Source of the DNA: Candidatus Gottesmanbacteria bacterium RBG_16_52_11
GTDB taxonomy: Bacteria; Patescibacteriota; Microgenomatia; UBA10105; UBA927
DNA length: 50,454 bases
Assembly: GCA_001779095.1 (NCBI GenBank)
Contig: MFJD01000004.1
Coordinates: 116,876-167,329 of the forward strand
Direction of reading: 5' to 3'
Shown: piece after piece, positions 9,884 to 18,697 of the stretch
Layout: each line of letters begins with the position of its first letter
Numbering within the stretch: position 1 is the stretch's first letter
The notes under the pieces: generated by a model
Databases searched by the model: none
Told to the model about the DNA's origin: nothing
What the model saw: only the letters and a program-made list of their open reading frames with translations
Position numbers and translations under genes: made by a program

Positions 9884-11260
9884 TTATGGTTTTTCCGGTT
9901 TAACTTCGGTCTCCATTCGTCGGTTAGCCAGTTCCGTCAGTTCCGCCCTGACTTTCCGGGGATCGGACGATTCGACCGTCATGCCGTAAGGCTTGCGGGG
10001 CAGTTTGGGCGCCTGGTACTTGCCGAACACAACATATGGCTCCCGGCCGATGACCGCCACTCCCCAGGCGGATGACCAGAGCGACGGCATGCCGGTCATA
10101 TCAGAACTGGTTTGGCCCGTCGTTTCATCCGTGATGCGTTCCGCATCGCTATAGGGATTAGCAGCTATCCGCGTTAACCGGTCCAGACGGGCCTCGGGTG
10201 TCTCATCAGGGAGGTCAACCAGGGCCCCGGTCAGTTCCAGGCGGCGTTTCCTCCGGGCCAGTTCAGTACCGTACAAAGCAGTTTCAAAGTCTTTCGGGGG
10301 GGACTCTGCTGAAACAGTGAATGCATCCAGTCCGGCAAGTTCCTTGCTGCGGGGGTGACTGGGCTGTCCGATAACGTCACGATCAGGCAGCGACCTGGGG
10401 GCAACTTCGACGGCATGGGTCCCTCCGAATTCGAATGTGGCCAGCTGCGGCGGATTGCCTGCCCGGGCCAGATGCACGGCATAACCGCCGGTGAATGTGA
10501 TGCCCCTGTCCCGCATTTTTGCGGCCAACTGCCGGGCAGTTCCGATATCGCCGGCATCAAGAAACATACCGGCAACTGCGTTCACCCAGACTGATCCGGC
10601 GGGATCGGTATCTGCCTGCGTAAACAGGGCGTCCACGACCACCATGCAGCCGGTATCGCGGTTGATGCCCATAGCCGGTCCGCCGCCGGAGAGGCCGGGG
10701 TAGGCGAGAAAGGTAATGGTTTTATCACCATCTGACTGGTGAACAATGCGGTAGCGGTAACCGGCTTCATCAAACGGCAGGCCGGCATCGCGTTTCCGGT
10801 TGATGTCAACCAGCGCCGTATCACCCTCGTTTTCCTCGGTATGGATCAGGGAAATCCGGCCGTTGCCTTTCTCACGGACGATAATCGTCTGACAGCCGGC
10901 ATCCAGCTCCATGTCAAGTACGATAGCTTCAGCGGGTGATATTTCCGCACCTGATGCAAAACCCTCCAGCCGGTCCAGGTAGCGCTTGCCGTAATCCACG
11001 CCCCCGGCAGTAAATACGCCCGAAGAAACGAGAGAGCGGAAGTGATCCAGGGCACTTCCGGCGGTCTTTTCCAGATTATCCCAGGGACCGGCACCGGATC
11101 TGACCTCATCCAGCACCTGGCGGGTAATTCCCTTCATGCGTGATCCGAATTCCCGTGAGGCAGCAGTCACCGAATCGCTCCGGATGTCAATTACCTCATG
11201 GTCTGCAAATCCGTGAAGTCTGACGGGGGATTGGTCCGGCGGTCCCGGTGTCTCGGTCAT
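9884..11260 (-). CDS. Ntn-hydrolase, peptidase C45 / AAT-like protein
   Basis: G-C-Q-T autoproteolysis-like site, HTEE (compare HNED) and YPG...AMGIN motifs. ATG 11260 lies 8 nt after TGgTACAAT. Confidence 0.65.
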   Translation of the reverse strand: MTETPGPPDQSPVRLHGFADHEVIDIRSDSVTAASREFGSRMKGITRQVLDEVRSGAGPWDNLEKTAGSALDHFRSLVSSGVFTAGGVDYGKRYLDRLEGFASGAEISPAEAIVLDMELDAGCQTIIVREKGNGRISLIHTEENEGDTALVDINRKRDAGLPFDEAGYRYRIVHQSDGDKTITFLAYPGLSGGGPAMGINRDTGCMVVVDALFTQADTDPAGSVWVNAVAGMFLDAGDIGTARQLAAKMRDRGITFTGGYAVHLARAGNPPQLATFEFGGTHAVEVAPRSLPDRDVIGQPSHPRSKELAGLDAFTVSAESPPKDFETALYGTELARRKRRLELTGALVDLPDETPEARLDRLTRIAANPYSDAERITDETTGQTSSDMTGMPSLWSSAWGVAVIGREPYVVFGKYQAPKLPRKPYGMTVESSDPRKVRAELTELANRRMETEVKPEKP

Positions 11261-11389
11261 ATTACCGGATTGTACCATCGGCTTTTCCGGATGCGCAATC
11301 CGGTTCGGGAGAAATGCGGCGATGCTATAATCAGCCTATGATCCATCGGCTTCGCTCATGATTGATTCTGTCCGATACAATTCGTGTTC

Positions 11390-12736
11390 ATGAAAATTAA
11401 ATCCGTATTCGTCTGTCAGCAATGCGGCTATGAATCCCCGAGCTGGTACGGGAAGTGTCCGCAGTGCGGTACGTGGAACAGTCTGGTGGAAACGGTAAAG
11501 GAGAGCGGTAAGGCGCCCGCCTCCGCCAGAACTGCGGCGAGGCAGGCGAAACCGGTTAAGCTGTCTGAGGTCAGGCATATTGAAAAAAGCAGGATAAAAA
11601 GCGGATTCGTTGAGTTTGACCGGGTGATGGGTGGCGGTATCGTGCCCGGGTCAGTGACGCTCCTGGCGGGCGATCCGGGAATCGGCAAGTCCACGATGTT
11701 GCTCCATGTCATAGCCAGAACCGGCGGCCTTTATGTATCCGGGGAAGAGTCGGCCGAACAGGTCAAACTCAGGGCTAAACGGCTCGGGATCAGCGGAGAT
11801 AATATCAGCATACTGGCGGAGACGCTGGCGGAAGCAATCGCCGAGGCTATCCACCAGCCTGGAGCCGGCGACAGGGGAATCCTGGTGGTGGATTCGGTGC
11901 AGACCCTGAATTCGGAGGAGTTAGAAGGAATGGCCGGTTCGGTCGGACAGCTCCGCCGGAGTACGGAAATTCTGGTAGCAGTCGCCAAAACTACCGGTAT
12001 ACCGGTGGTTATCATCGGGCACGTGACCAAGGAAGGAGCAATCGCCGGTCCGAAGGTGCTGGAACATATGGTTGATACCGTGCTTTATCTGGAAGGAGAA
12101 CGATACGCCAATGCCCGGATACTGCGGACGCTGAAAAACCGTTACGGGGCGGTTGATGAGGTAGGCCTTTTTGAGATGGGGGATGGAGGACTAAAGGAGA
12201 TAGAAAATCCCTCCGAGATATTTCTTCAGGATAGAGTAACTGATGTACCCGGGTCGGTAGTGACCGTTGTTCTGGAGGGAACCAGACCGCTTCTGATAGA
12301 AATTCAGGCGCTGGCGGTGCCGAGCCCACTGGCGGTACCCCGGCGGGTCGGCAGCGGTGTCGATTACAACCGCCTGCAGGTCATCTGTGCCATCATTCAG
12401 AAGCGCCTGGGGTTGCCGATATCATCCTCCGATATCTACGTCAACGTCTCCGGCGGAATACGGATATCGGAACCGGCGGCTGACCTGGCAATCGCGCTTT
12501 CCATCATATCCTCTTACCAGAACAGGCCGGCGCCCCGTAAGGCAGCCGCTTTCGGTGAGATCGGACTTCTGGGTGAGGTCCGTCGGACTTCCCAGGAAAA
12601 ACGCCGGATTACTGAAGCCCGGCGGCTGGGATATGCCACCCTTATCCATTCCCAGTCGGCACCTACTTTAAGGTCAGCCCTGTCATATCTCCGAAAGGGT
12701 GAGCCGTCAGAAAAAGCTCCGGCCGGGAGGCGGTGA
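11390..12736 (+). CDS. radA: DNA repair protein RadA/Sms
   Basis: C4 zinc finger CQQC...CPQC, Walker A GDPGIGKS, KNRYG motif, Lon-like C-terminus. Confidence 0.97.
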   Translation: MKIKSVFVCQQCGYESPSWYGKCPQCGTWNSLVETVKESGKAPASARTAARQAKPVKLSEVRHIEKSRIKSGFVEFDRVMGGGIVPGSVTLLAGDPGIGKSTMLLHVIARTGGLYVSGEESAEQVKLRAKRLGISGDNISILAETLAEAIAEAIHQPGAGDRGILVVDSVQTLNSEELEGMAGSVGQLRRSTEILVAVAKTTGIPVVIIGHVTKEGAIAGPKVLEHMVDTVLYLEGERYANARILRTLKNRYGAVDEVGLFEMGDGGLKEIENPSEIFLQDRVTDVPGSVVTVVLEGTRPLLIEIQALAVPSPLAVPRRVGSGVDYNRLQVICAIIQKRLGLPISSSDIYVNVSGGIRISEPAADLAIALSIISSYQNRPAPRKAAAFGEIGLLGEVRRTSQEKRRITEARRLGYATLIHSQSAPTLRSALSYLRKGEPSEKAPAGRR

Positions 12737-12887
12737 CACCGGCATCGGATTTTATGTATAATACTCCCCATACTCCCGATCTGCCTCTCCGGCAGGTCAG
12801 GTGACAGCACCACAGTGTAGCCCGCGAGCCGCGGAGAAGATCCAGGTGTTTGATAGTGTTACAATTGCCGTGACGGTTAGGCAGTCC

Positions 12888-13754
12888 ATGAAAAGCAGAA
12901 ATTCTAAGAAAAAATCTAATCCGGCCGTGTCGCCGGAGGAAGTGGTGGCGGCCATACTTCCCCAAGAAGCGGATAAATCCGAAAACCAAGGGAAACGCCG
13001 TCAGGGATTATCGGCCCTGACGCGGCCTACTGCAACGTTCACCCAGACGCTGGCCCACGAAATCGCCAAAAATCTGACCGCATTCGGGCAGATGACATCA
13101 CGGCCGTTCAAGAAAGCATCGGAGCGGAAAGCCAAAGAAGCCCAGGATAAGGCGGAAAATCCGGTCTATGTCGATACCAGCGTGCTGATTGACGGGCGGA
13201 TCCTGCCGATTATCAATAGCGGATTCTTTGCCGGAACATTGATTATCCCGGAATTCATTCTGGCAGAGGTGCAGCATATCGCCGACAGTCCGGATATTAT
13301 CCGGCGGACTAAAGGCAGGCGGGGATTGGACGTGGTGAACAAAATCAAGTCCCAGAAGGCAAATCCGCTGGTGAAATGCCGGTTGGTAAGCGAGGATAAT
13401 CCTGAGGTCAGGGAAGTCGACCATAAACTGGTTGCGCTGGCGAAAAAACGCAAGGCGAAGCTTTTGACCGTTGATTTCAATCTGGCCCAACTGGCAAGAG
13501 CCCAGGGGGTAAAAGTCTTAAGCATCCACGATCTGGCCCAGGCGATGAAAGCGGCACTGGTACCGGGTGAAGAGATGACGATCCGGATCAGCCATGAAGG
13601 CAAGGAGCGGGAACAGGGCGTCGGATACCTGGACGACGGCACTATGGTGGTGGTGGACAATACCCGTACTCTGGTCGGTCATACCGTGATAGCTACGATT
13701 ACCAAAATCCACCAGACGCCCGCCGGTCAACTGTTCTTTGCCAGGCTCAAGTGA
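12888..13754 (+). CDS. PIN/TRAM domain protein (YacL-like, lacking the N-terminal TM region)
   Basis: VDTSVLIDGRI PIN motif, GRRGLD, EGKEREQGVGYLDDGTMVVV TRAM motif. Located next to radA, as in Firmicutes. Confidence 0.9.
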   Translation: MKSRNSKKKSNPAVSPEEVVAAILPQEADKSENQGKRRQGLSALTRPTATFTQTLAHEIAKNLTAFGQMTSRPFKKASERKAKEAQDKAENPVYVDTSVLIDGRILPIINSGFFAGTLIIPEFILAEVQHIADSPDIIRRTKGRRGLDVVNKIKSQKANPLVKCRLVSEDNPEVREVDHKLVALAKKRKAKLLTVDFNLAQLARAQGVKVLSIHDLAQAMKAALVPGEEMTIRISHEGKEREQGVGYLDDGTMVVVDNTRTLVGHTVIATITKIHQTPAGQLFFARLK

Positions 13755-13755
13755 T

Positions 13756-14616
13756 ATGCTTGAGGGTATGGAAGGGTTCCGGCCCCTGTCCGCCGATGAT
13801 GAAGACCTTCGTGATGCCCGGCCTGATAGTACGAGCCGGTTCAGCGACATCACCCCTCCGGCGCCGGAAAACGGCAGAAAACCCGGCCTGAAACTGTTTT
13901 TCCTCTTAAGCACCGTCCTGTTGATTGCCGGCGTCGGCATCGGGTGGCTGGCCGGCCAGGGTAGTTTCTCCGGAGCCGTAATTACCGGTCTGGAGCCGAC
14001 ACCCAGAACCGCATGTCCCGGTCCTGACTGCCCGGATATCCGCCCGACCGATATGCCTACCGCCTACCCGCTTCCGACCGGAAAGAATGATCCGACGCCG
14101 ATGCCATCGCCGACCCCGGCAGACATGGTGCTCCGGAGCAGCCGGTGCCCGTCAGCCGTGACTGTGCCGGCCGGGCGCATCAACGTTCCCTATGAAAACG
14201 CGTATGCCCGCTGGCAGGTAAAGGAGGTAACCGAACGGTTCGGATTCCTGCCCCGGGCCGAAGAGGTCAACGGCAGGCAGGCTTTGTACGAACTGCGGGT
14301 GGAAGGCCAGATCTACGGCGACGGCGAAATAGTACTGATTGTGGCCTGTCAGGATAACGCCAATAAATGGAGCCAGGAGGATTTCCTGAGTTATGTCCTG
14401 AAAACCGATTTTCTGGTGGATCCAACGATGGCGAGAACCACCCTGTGGGGGAGGGACGTGGCGGTACTGACGTACAAAACCGCATCCGATCAGCCGGCTC
14501 ATACCAACTGGTTCTTTGCCACTCCGACGCATCTCTACAGTATCAGTAAAGGAAACTACATTAACCAATATTTCGATAAAGAGCTGGAGGCCGCCTTCGA
14601 TTCGCTGACTTTCTGA
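13756..14616 (+). CDS. Single-pass membrane protein with Pro/Thr linker and extracellular domain
   Basis: One TM helix, PTP repeats, globular C-terminus. ATG lies 1 nt after the upstream stop. Confidence 0.75.
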   Translation: MLEGMEGFRPLSADDEDLRDARPDSTSRFSDITPPAPENGRKPGLKLFFLLSTVLLIAGVGIGWLAGQGSFSGAVITGLEPTPRTACPGPDCPDIRPTDMPTAYPLPTGKNDPTPMPSPTPADMVLRSSRCPSAVTVPAGRINVPYENAYARWQVKEVTERFGFLPRAEEVNGRQALYELRVEGQIYGDGEIVLIVACQDNANKWSQEDFLSYVLKTDFLVDPTMARTTLWGRDVAVLTYKTASDQPAHTNWFFATPTHLYSISKGNYINQYFDKELEAAFDSLTF

Positions 14617-14917
14617 CGCTCCGGACTGATCTGCCGCTAATATGACTGTCTGCCAGCGCCCGAAATGGTGCTTAAACTCTCCGGCCCGGTGCCGCACGTA
14701 CACTCCGGATTAATTATTACTGGTCCTGTATCCCAGGGTACCCTGAATAGTAATTGCTGAATATTTAAGTCCGGTGACAGGCGTGGGATGGGGTGAGGAT
14801 TAATCCCGAAGTTATCCACAAAAAATATCGGAAAAAATATTGGGCGTCAATACACTCCAGAGTTATTGAAATATATTATAAGATACTGTTTTTCCCGAAT
14901 TATATTTCCTATGGGAC

Positions 14918-14947
14918 TTGACAAGCCGGGAAAACCGTGACTATGAT
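14918..14947 (+). promoter_or_regulatory. Sigma70-type promoter (leaderless start)
   Basis: TTGACA-18 nt-TATGAT, with ATG 5 nt downstream. Confidence 0.6.
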
Positions 14948-14952
14948 GAATC

Positions 14953-15132
14953 ATGGACGGAAAACTACTGCTAACGCAGTTGGGTTTGGGACTCTCCAGA
15001 ATGCTGGGGAGGAAGAAAAGAGAGCGCGTATCGCCGCTGACCCGGGAGCGGCAGGAGTTTGAGGAAGAAGCGCGCAGTCAGCTCGAGCAGCTGAAGAAAA
15101 AAGGACTGAGCATCCCGGTATTTACTCTGTAA
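14953..15132 (+). CDS. 59-aa small protein (not in ORF track)
   Basis: MDGKLLLTQLGLGLSRMLGRKKRERVSPLTRERQEFEEEARSQLEQLKKKGLSIPVFTL*, with its own promoter and terminator. Confidence 0.7.
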   Translation: MDGKLLLTQLGLGLSRMLGRKKRERVSPLTRERQEFEEEARSQLEQLKKKGLSIPVFTL

Positions 15133-15160
15133 AAAATACACTACCGCGAAACGATTGGGT

Positions 15161-15196
15161 GAAAGATACGTGAAGGGTGCTTCACGTATCTTTTTG
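15161..15196 (+). terminator. Intrinsic terminator
   Basis: AAAGATACGTGAAG / CTTCACGTATCTTT stem followed by Ts. Confidence 0.75.
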
Positions 15197-15331
15197 GCCG
15201 TCTGGAGGCATCTCAGAGGCCCGAGACGTGCGAGCCCGTTGCAATCGTCTGTTTTTCCTAATAGTTTATGTCAAGGGCAGCGAAAGAGGTGCAGGGAGGA
15301 TTTTGGATTTTGGAAGAGTATAATACTTTTC

Positions 15332-16303
15332 ATGGTTTCGTATAGTAGTGTCATAACGGTTAATTTCCGAATCGGGGAGGATTTTTTCGACGTTTTCCGG
15401 GAAGGTGCAAACCTCTCCTCCGGCAATGTTTCCATCGCCTTGGATATTGATACACCGGTCGTTTCTCTGACACCTAAATCTTTAGAACAGGCCAAGGTCT
15501 CGGTGGTACGAGAATGGAAGCCGTGGACAATTGTTGTCAGCAATGAATGCGTGATGACATATGCGGGTCTTTTGGGAATCAGGAAGTACCGGAATGATAA
15601 GCCATTTGGTTTGGTCGTCTGCGACCAACATTTGGATATCTACGCATACGATTATTGCGGTACTGAGCTTAACAAGGCAACGGTGATCAGGAAATCGCTC
15701 GATGACGGATTGGTCGATCGGGTGGTATTTATCGGAACCAGGCCGTCTGAGGAAGCATGCTACCGGGAAACCGACTACCCGATTCCGGCGCATGACCGGC
15801 AGTACTCCGCACATATCCGGGAGGACCGGATACTATCGGGACATGAGGATAAAATATCCATTATCCCGGTATACCAGTTCGGTACGTTTTCCGAAGGCGC
15901 CATGAAAGCATTCTTCCTCCTTAGGGCGTTGGGGATAACCGATGTTGGGTTGATGGTGGATCTTGACAGTTTCGATTCGCGCCGGATTAGAGGCGTGGCG
16001 TATAATTCCGATTACTCCGCGGAAATCCAGGATTTTATTACCGAAAGAATCAGGGAGAAAAGCAAGCTGCCCGATTTGCCGGTTCTTAAGGAGATAATCG
16101 AATATCTCATGTTCATGGAAAGCGAGATTTCTCAACCGGGCATACCGCCTGATAATATTGGTCAGGAAATCAGTATCGTGAGGGATTTTTTGCGGTCTCA
16201 AGGCATGCGTCTGCTGTATAAAGGGATAACGGAGTACGAGCCAAGCCGTAAGGACAAAGCCACGAAGAGATTACTGGAACAAATCGTACGCGCACTTGTC
16301 TGA
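15332..16303 (+). CDS. Divergent arginase/ureohydrolase-fold protein
   Basis: DQHLD (DxHxD), FIGTR, VDLDSFD (DxD) and EYEP motifs. ATG lies 7 nt after TATAAT. Confidence 0.65.
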   Translation: MVSYSSVITVNFRIGEDFFDVFREGANLSSGNVSIALDIDTPVVSLTPKSLEQAKVSVVREWKPWTIVVSNECVMTYAGLLGIRKYRNDKPFGLVVCDQHLDIYAYDYCGTELNKATVIRKSLDDGLVDRVVFIGTRPSEEACYRETDYPIPAHDRQYSAHIREDRILSGHEDKISIIPVYQFGTFSEGAMKAFFLLRALGITDVGLMVDLDSFDSRRIRGVAYNSDYSAEIQDFITERIREKSKLPDLPVLKEIIEYLMFMESEISQPGIPPDNIGQEISIVRDFLRSQGMRLLYKGITEYEPSRKDKATKRLLEQIVRALV

Positions 16304-16324
16304 AACCGGAGCGAGAAGCGATTT

Positions 16325-16632
16325 TTAGCTTTGAGTCAAAAAGTCCGATCTGCCCCGTACCAAACTTACCCGTATCGCCATCACCCTCCTACGTTCGTGT
16401 TCGTTTCGAGGGCTACGTCCCCGCAAACGAAAACTCACTTCGGAGGATGTGGGAGAGTAAGCTGTTTTTCTGAAAACAGCAACTCTCCCATCAAAAAAGC
16501 ATCACTACCGCTAGCAGATTGGGTTTGGGCTACGAGTAGTAATGCTTTTTGTTATTGATATCGTTCATCTTGAGCAGAGATTAGAACGATATCTAAAGGA
16601 AAACGATAACAGGGATATCTGCGCATTGTCAA
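16325..16632 (-). ncRNA. Candidate structured RNA or leader (four hairpins) with promoter and an 18-codon ORF
   Basis: TTGACA at 16632-16627, four consecutive inverted repeats, GGAGG paired within hairpin 4, ORF 16381..16325. Confidence 0.4.
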
Positions 16633-16999
16633 ATCAGAAAGTGAAGCTCGGTAATTGAATTTAGATTGTTTTCACGATACTCTTTTCACCAAAAATCGCT
16701 TCCGGCCGAGCAATAATTGACATTCATTATAGCCAGCGGTAAAATCAGTGCAATTAAGAGACGGATGTGATTTGTTGAACAGGTAATATATCCGGGAGTT
16801 GGGAAAGAGCACGGAGCAATTACCGCAATCAGTCTGTTTGACAGACCCTACAGGCAATAGAGTATATTAGACTGTATTAAATAACATCAGGCCAGATGAC
16901 CGGAAATCAGAAAAAATTAATCGGACGATTGGGACGGGAAAATTGAGATAAAGTCGAATTTTCCGGCAATCCGGGTAACAGATAATGCGTACCTGAGAC

Positions 17000-17272
17000 G
17001 GTTTTTATGGGGGGTTGATTGTTGGGCCACGTAAATCCCGACTAAGTCGGGACACGTGGCAGGCAGGCTTGAATCGTTAAACGTACACGATGTATGTTCT
17101 GTATGGGGGGTTGATTGTTGGGCAGGCGATCAACTCCCCATAGAGGGCATAGTGTGCGTTTTTACGTTCCGATCAACCCCGTATAAACCTTACCTTCTCC
17201 CGACGCTTACAGCTTCGCACCCGCCTGTCGGCGAGGCAGGTCGCAGGGGCGGTTCTACGGGGCAGGCTCCCC
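17000..17272. repeat. Cluster of nested inverted/direct repeats (REP/MITE-like)
   Basis: 22-bp direct repeat at 17006-17027 and 17102-17123, inverted partners at 17128-17142 and 17170-17189, hairpins at 17026-17060 and 17219-17241. Confidence 0.75.
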
Positions 17273-17295
17273 ATAAAGTCTCCCGGTACGCTTTT

Positions 17296-18591
17296 TTATC
17301 GGTCCTGAAGTATTGTCTGAGCTGCAGTCTGTCCCAGTTCCACCGCGTAATTGGTACCGCGGTCCCACGGTACGATGGAGTCCATGTTAGCCAGATACAT
17401 GCCCGGCAAAGGCGTTTTCAGATGCGGGATGCGGGCCGAGTATCCGGTCTGATGCACCGGCTGGGCAAAAGGCCCGGTAAACATGAAAGACCGGAATATT
17501 CCGGCCGGACTGAATTTCTTTTCCAGACGTCGGATGAACGGGGTATAAAGCTCGATTACCTGCGTCTTATCCATTTTCAGATACGCATGGTCGGGCGGCA
17601 GGTAATTGCCGAAATATGTCAGGTGCCGGTTGCCGTAGTGGCTTCTGTCCATGAAATTCGTATGGGCGACGGCTGCCAGAAACGGGAACGAGCGGTCATT
17701 AATATTGAGCCAATAGACCGAATTGAGGATTGGTTCAGCCGTTTCCAGTATTAATAGATGTGCATGCAGGTGGGGAATCGTTTCCGCCGGCCGGAGGTAC
17801 GCCGGGGGCATCCCCGGGACGATTTTTGCAACCAGCGGAGTCGGTATCGTCAGAAGCACCCTGTCCGCACGGACCGGGGTACCGCTGCCGGTAACAGAGA
17901 AACCAGGCCGGGCACCTGGCCCGCTTTCCGGCTCAATCCGGGTGACGGCTGAGCCGGTCCGGATGATGCCGCCGGATGATCGGATCAGGTCCGCCATTTT
18001 TACAACCAGCGTCTGAAAGCCGCCGCGGATATATCCCAGCCTGGTCGTCCGTTTCCTGATCCGTGCCCAGAGCCAGGACGCGGCCACTGTCGGCGCCAGC
18101 TCACCGAATTTACCGTATAAGAGCGGCTGCCAGATCGTCCCCCAGGCCAGGCTGCCGCCCAGGGTGCGGAAGACGGTTTCCGCAGTATATCGTTCCAGAG
18201 GTCGCCAGAAAGGATTGAGTTTAGCTCCCGCCAGTACGAGTCCGGTTCTGATCCGGTCGGTGAAGGGGAGTACCGGAAACCTGAGAAGGCTCAGGGGCGA
18301 ATCCAGCTGATACATACGGCCGTTGACATAGGTGGCAGTCACGGGACGCCTGATGATCAGATCCCTTTCCATTCCGACTGACCCGGCCAGGGCAATCAGC
18401 GATGCGTCGTTGGTGAAAAAATGGTGGTAGGCAAATTCGAGGTGCCAGTCCCAGCCGGCTTCCCGGAATCCGTGAGCCAATCCGCCCAGTACCGGTTCCT
18501 TTTCCAGAAGCGTGACTTGGTGGCCGGCTGAGATAAGCCGTAAAGCTGCTGATAGCCCGGTAAAGCCCCCTCCGATAACCGCGATCTTCAT
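17296..18591 (-). CDS. FAD-dependent oxidoreductase (amine oxidase / protoporphyrinogen-oxidase-like)
   Basis: MKIAVIGGGFTGL Rossmann motif, LEKEPVLGGLA, AYHHFF, WDRGTNYAVELG. Confidence 0.9.
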   Translation of the reverse strand: MKIAVIGGGFTGLSAALRLISAGHQVTLLEKEPVLGGLAHGFREAGWDWHLEFAYHHFFTNDASLIALAGSVGMERDLIIRRPVTATYVNGRMYQLDSPLSLLRFPVLPFTDRIRTGLVLAGAKLNPFWRPLERYTAETVFRTLGGSLAWGTIWQPLLYGKFGELAPTVAASWLWARIRKRTTRLGYIRGGFQTLVVKMADLIRSSGGIIRTGSAVTRIEPESGPGARPGFSVTGSGTPVRADRVLLTIPTPLVAKIVPGMPPAYLRPAETIPHLHAHLLILETAEPILNSVYWLNINDRSFPFLAAVAHTNFMDRSHYGNRHLTYFGNYLPPDHAYLKMDKTQVIELYTPFIRRLEKKFSPAGIFRSFMFTGPFAQPVHQTGYSARIPHLKTPLPGMYLANMDSIVPWDRGTNYAVELGQTAAQTILQDR

Positions 18592-18697
18592 TCCCGTATT
18601 GTAACAAAGTTGAGCCTGCCTGGTTCCGTATATGCCGCCATGATATACTGTGGGAAATTTCCGCCCACCGCAGGGCAGCGTACTTATACCGAACCGT

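Noticed and set aside
12888..13754. PIN protein as a VapC toxin
   Set aside because: It has a TRAM domain and the conserved radA linkage (YacL-like), and there is no antitoxin gene.
14812..14820. Perfect DnaA box TTATCCACA next to an AT-rich stretch (possible oriC)
   Set aside because: Only one clear box was found, and there is no dnaA/dnaN nearby.
15155..15331. N-terminal extension of the arginase-like ORF
   Set aside because: Crosses a terminator and a promoter. ATG 15332 is better supported.
17056..17754. 232-aa plus-strand ORF
   Set aside because: Runs through palindromic repeats and antisense to the FAD oxidoreductase, with no recognisable motifs.
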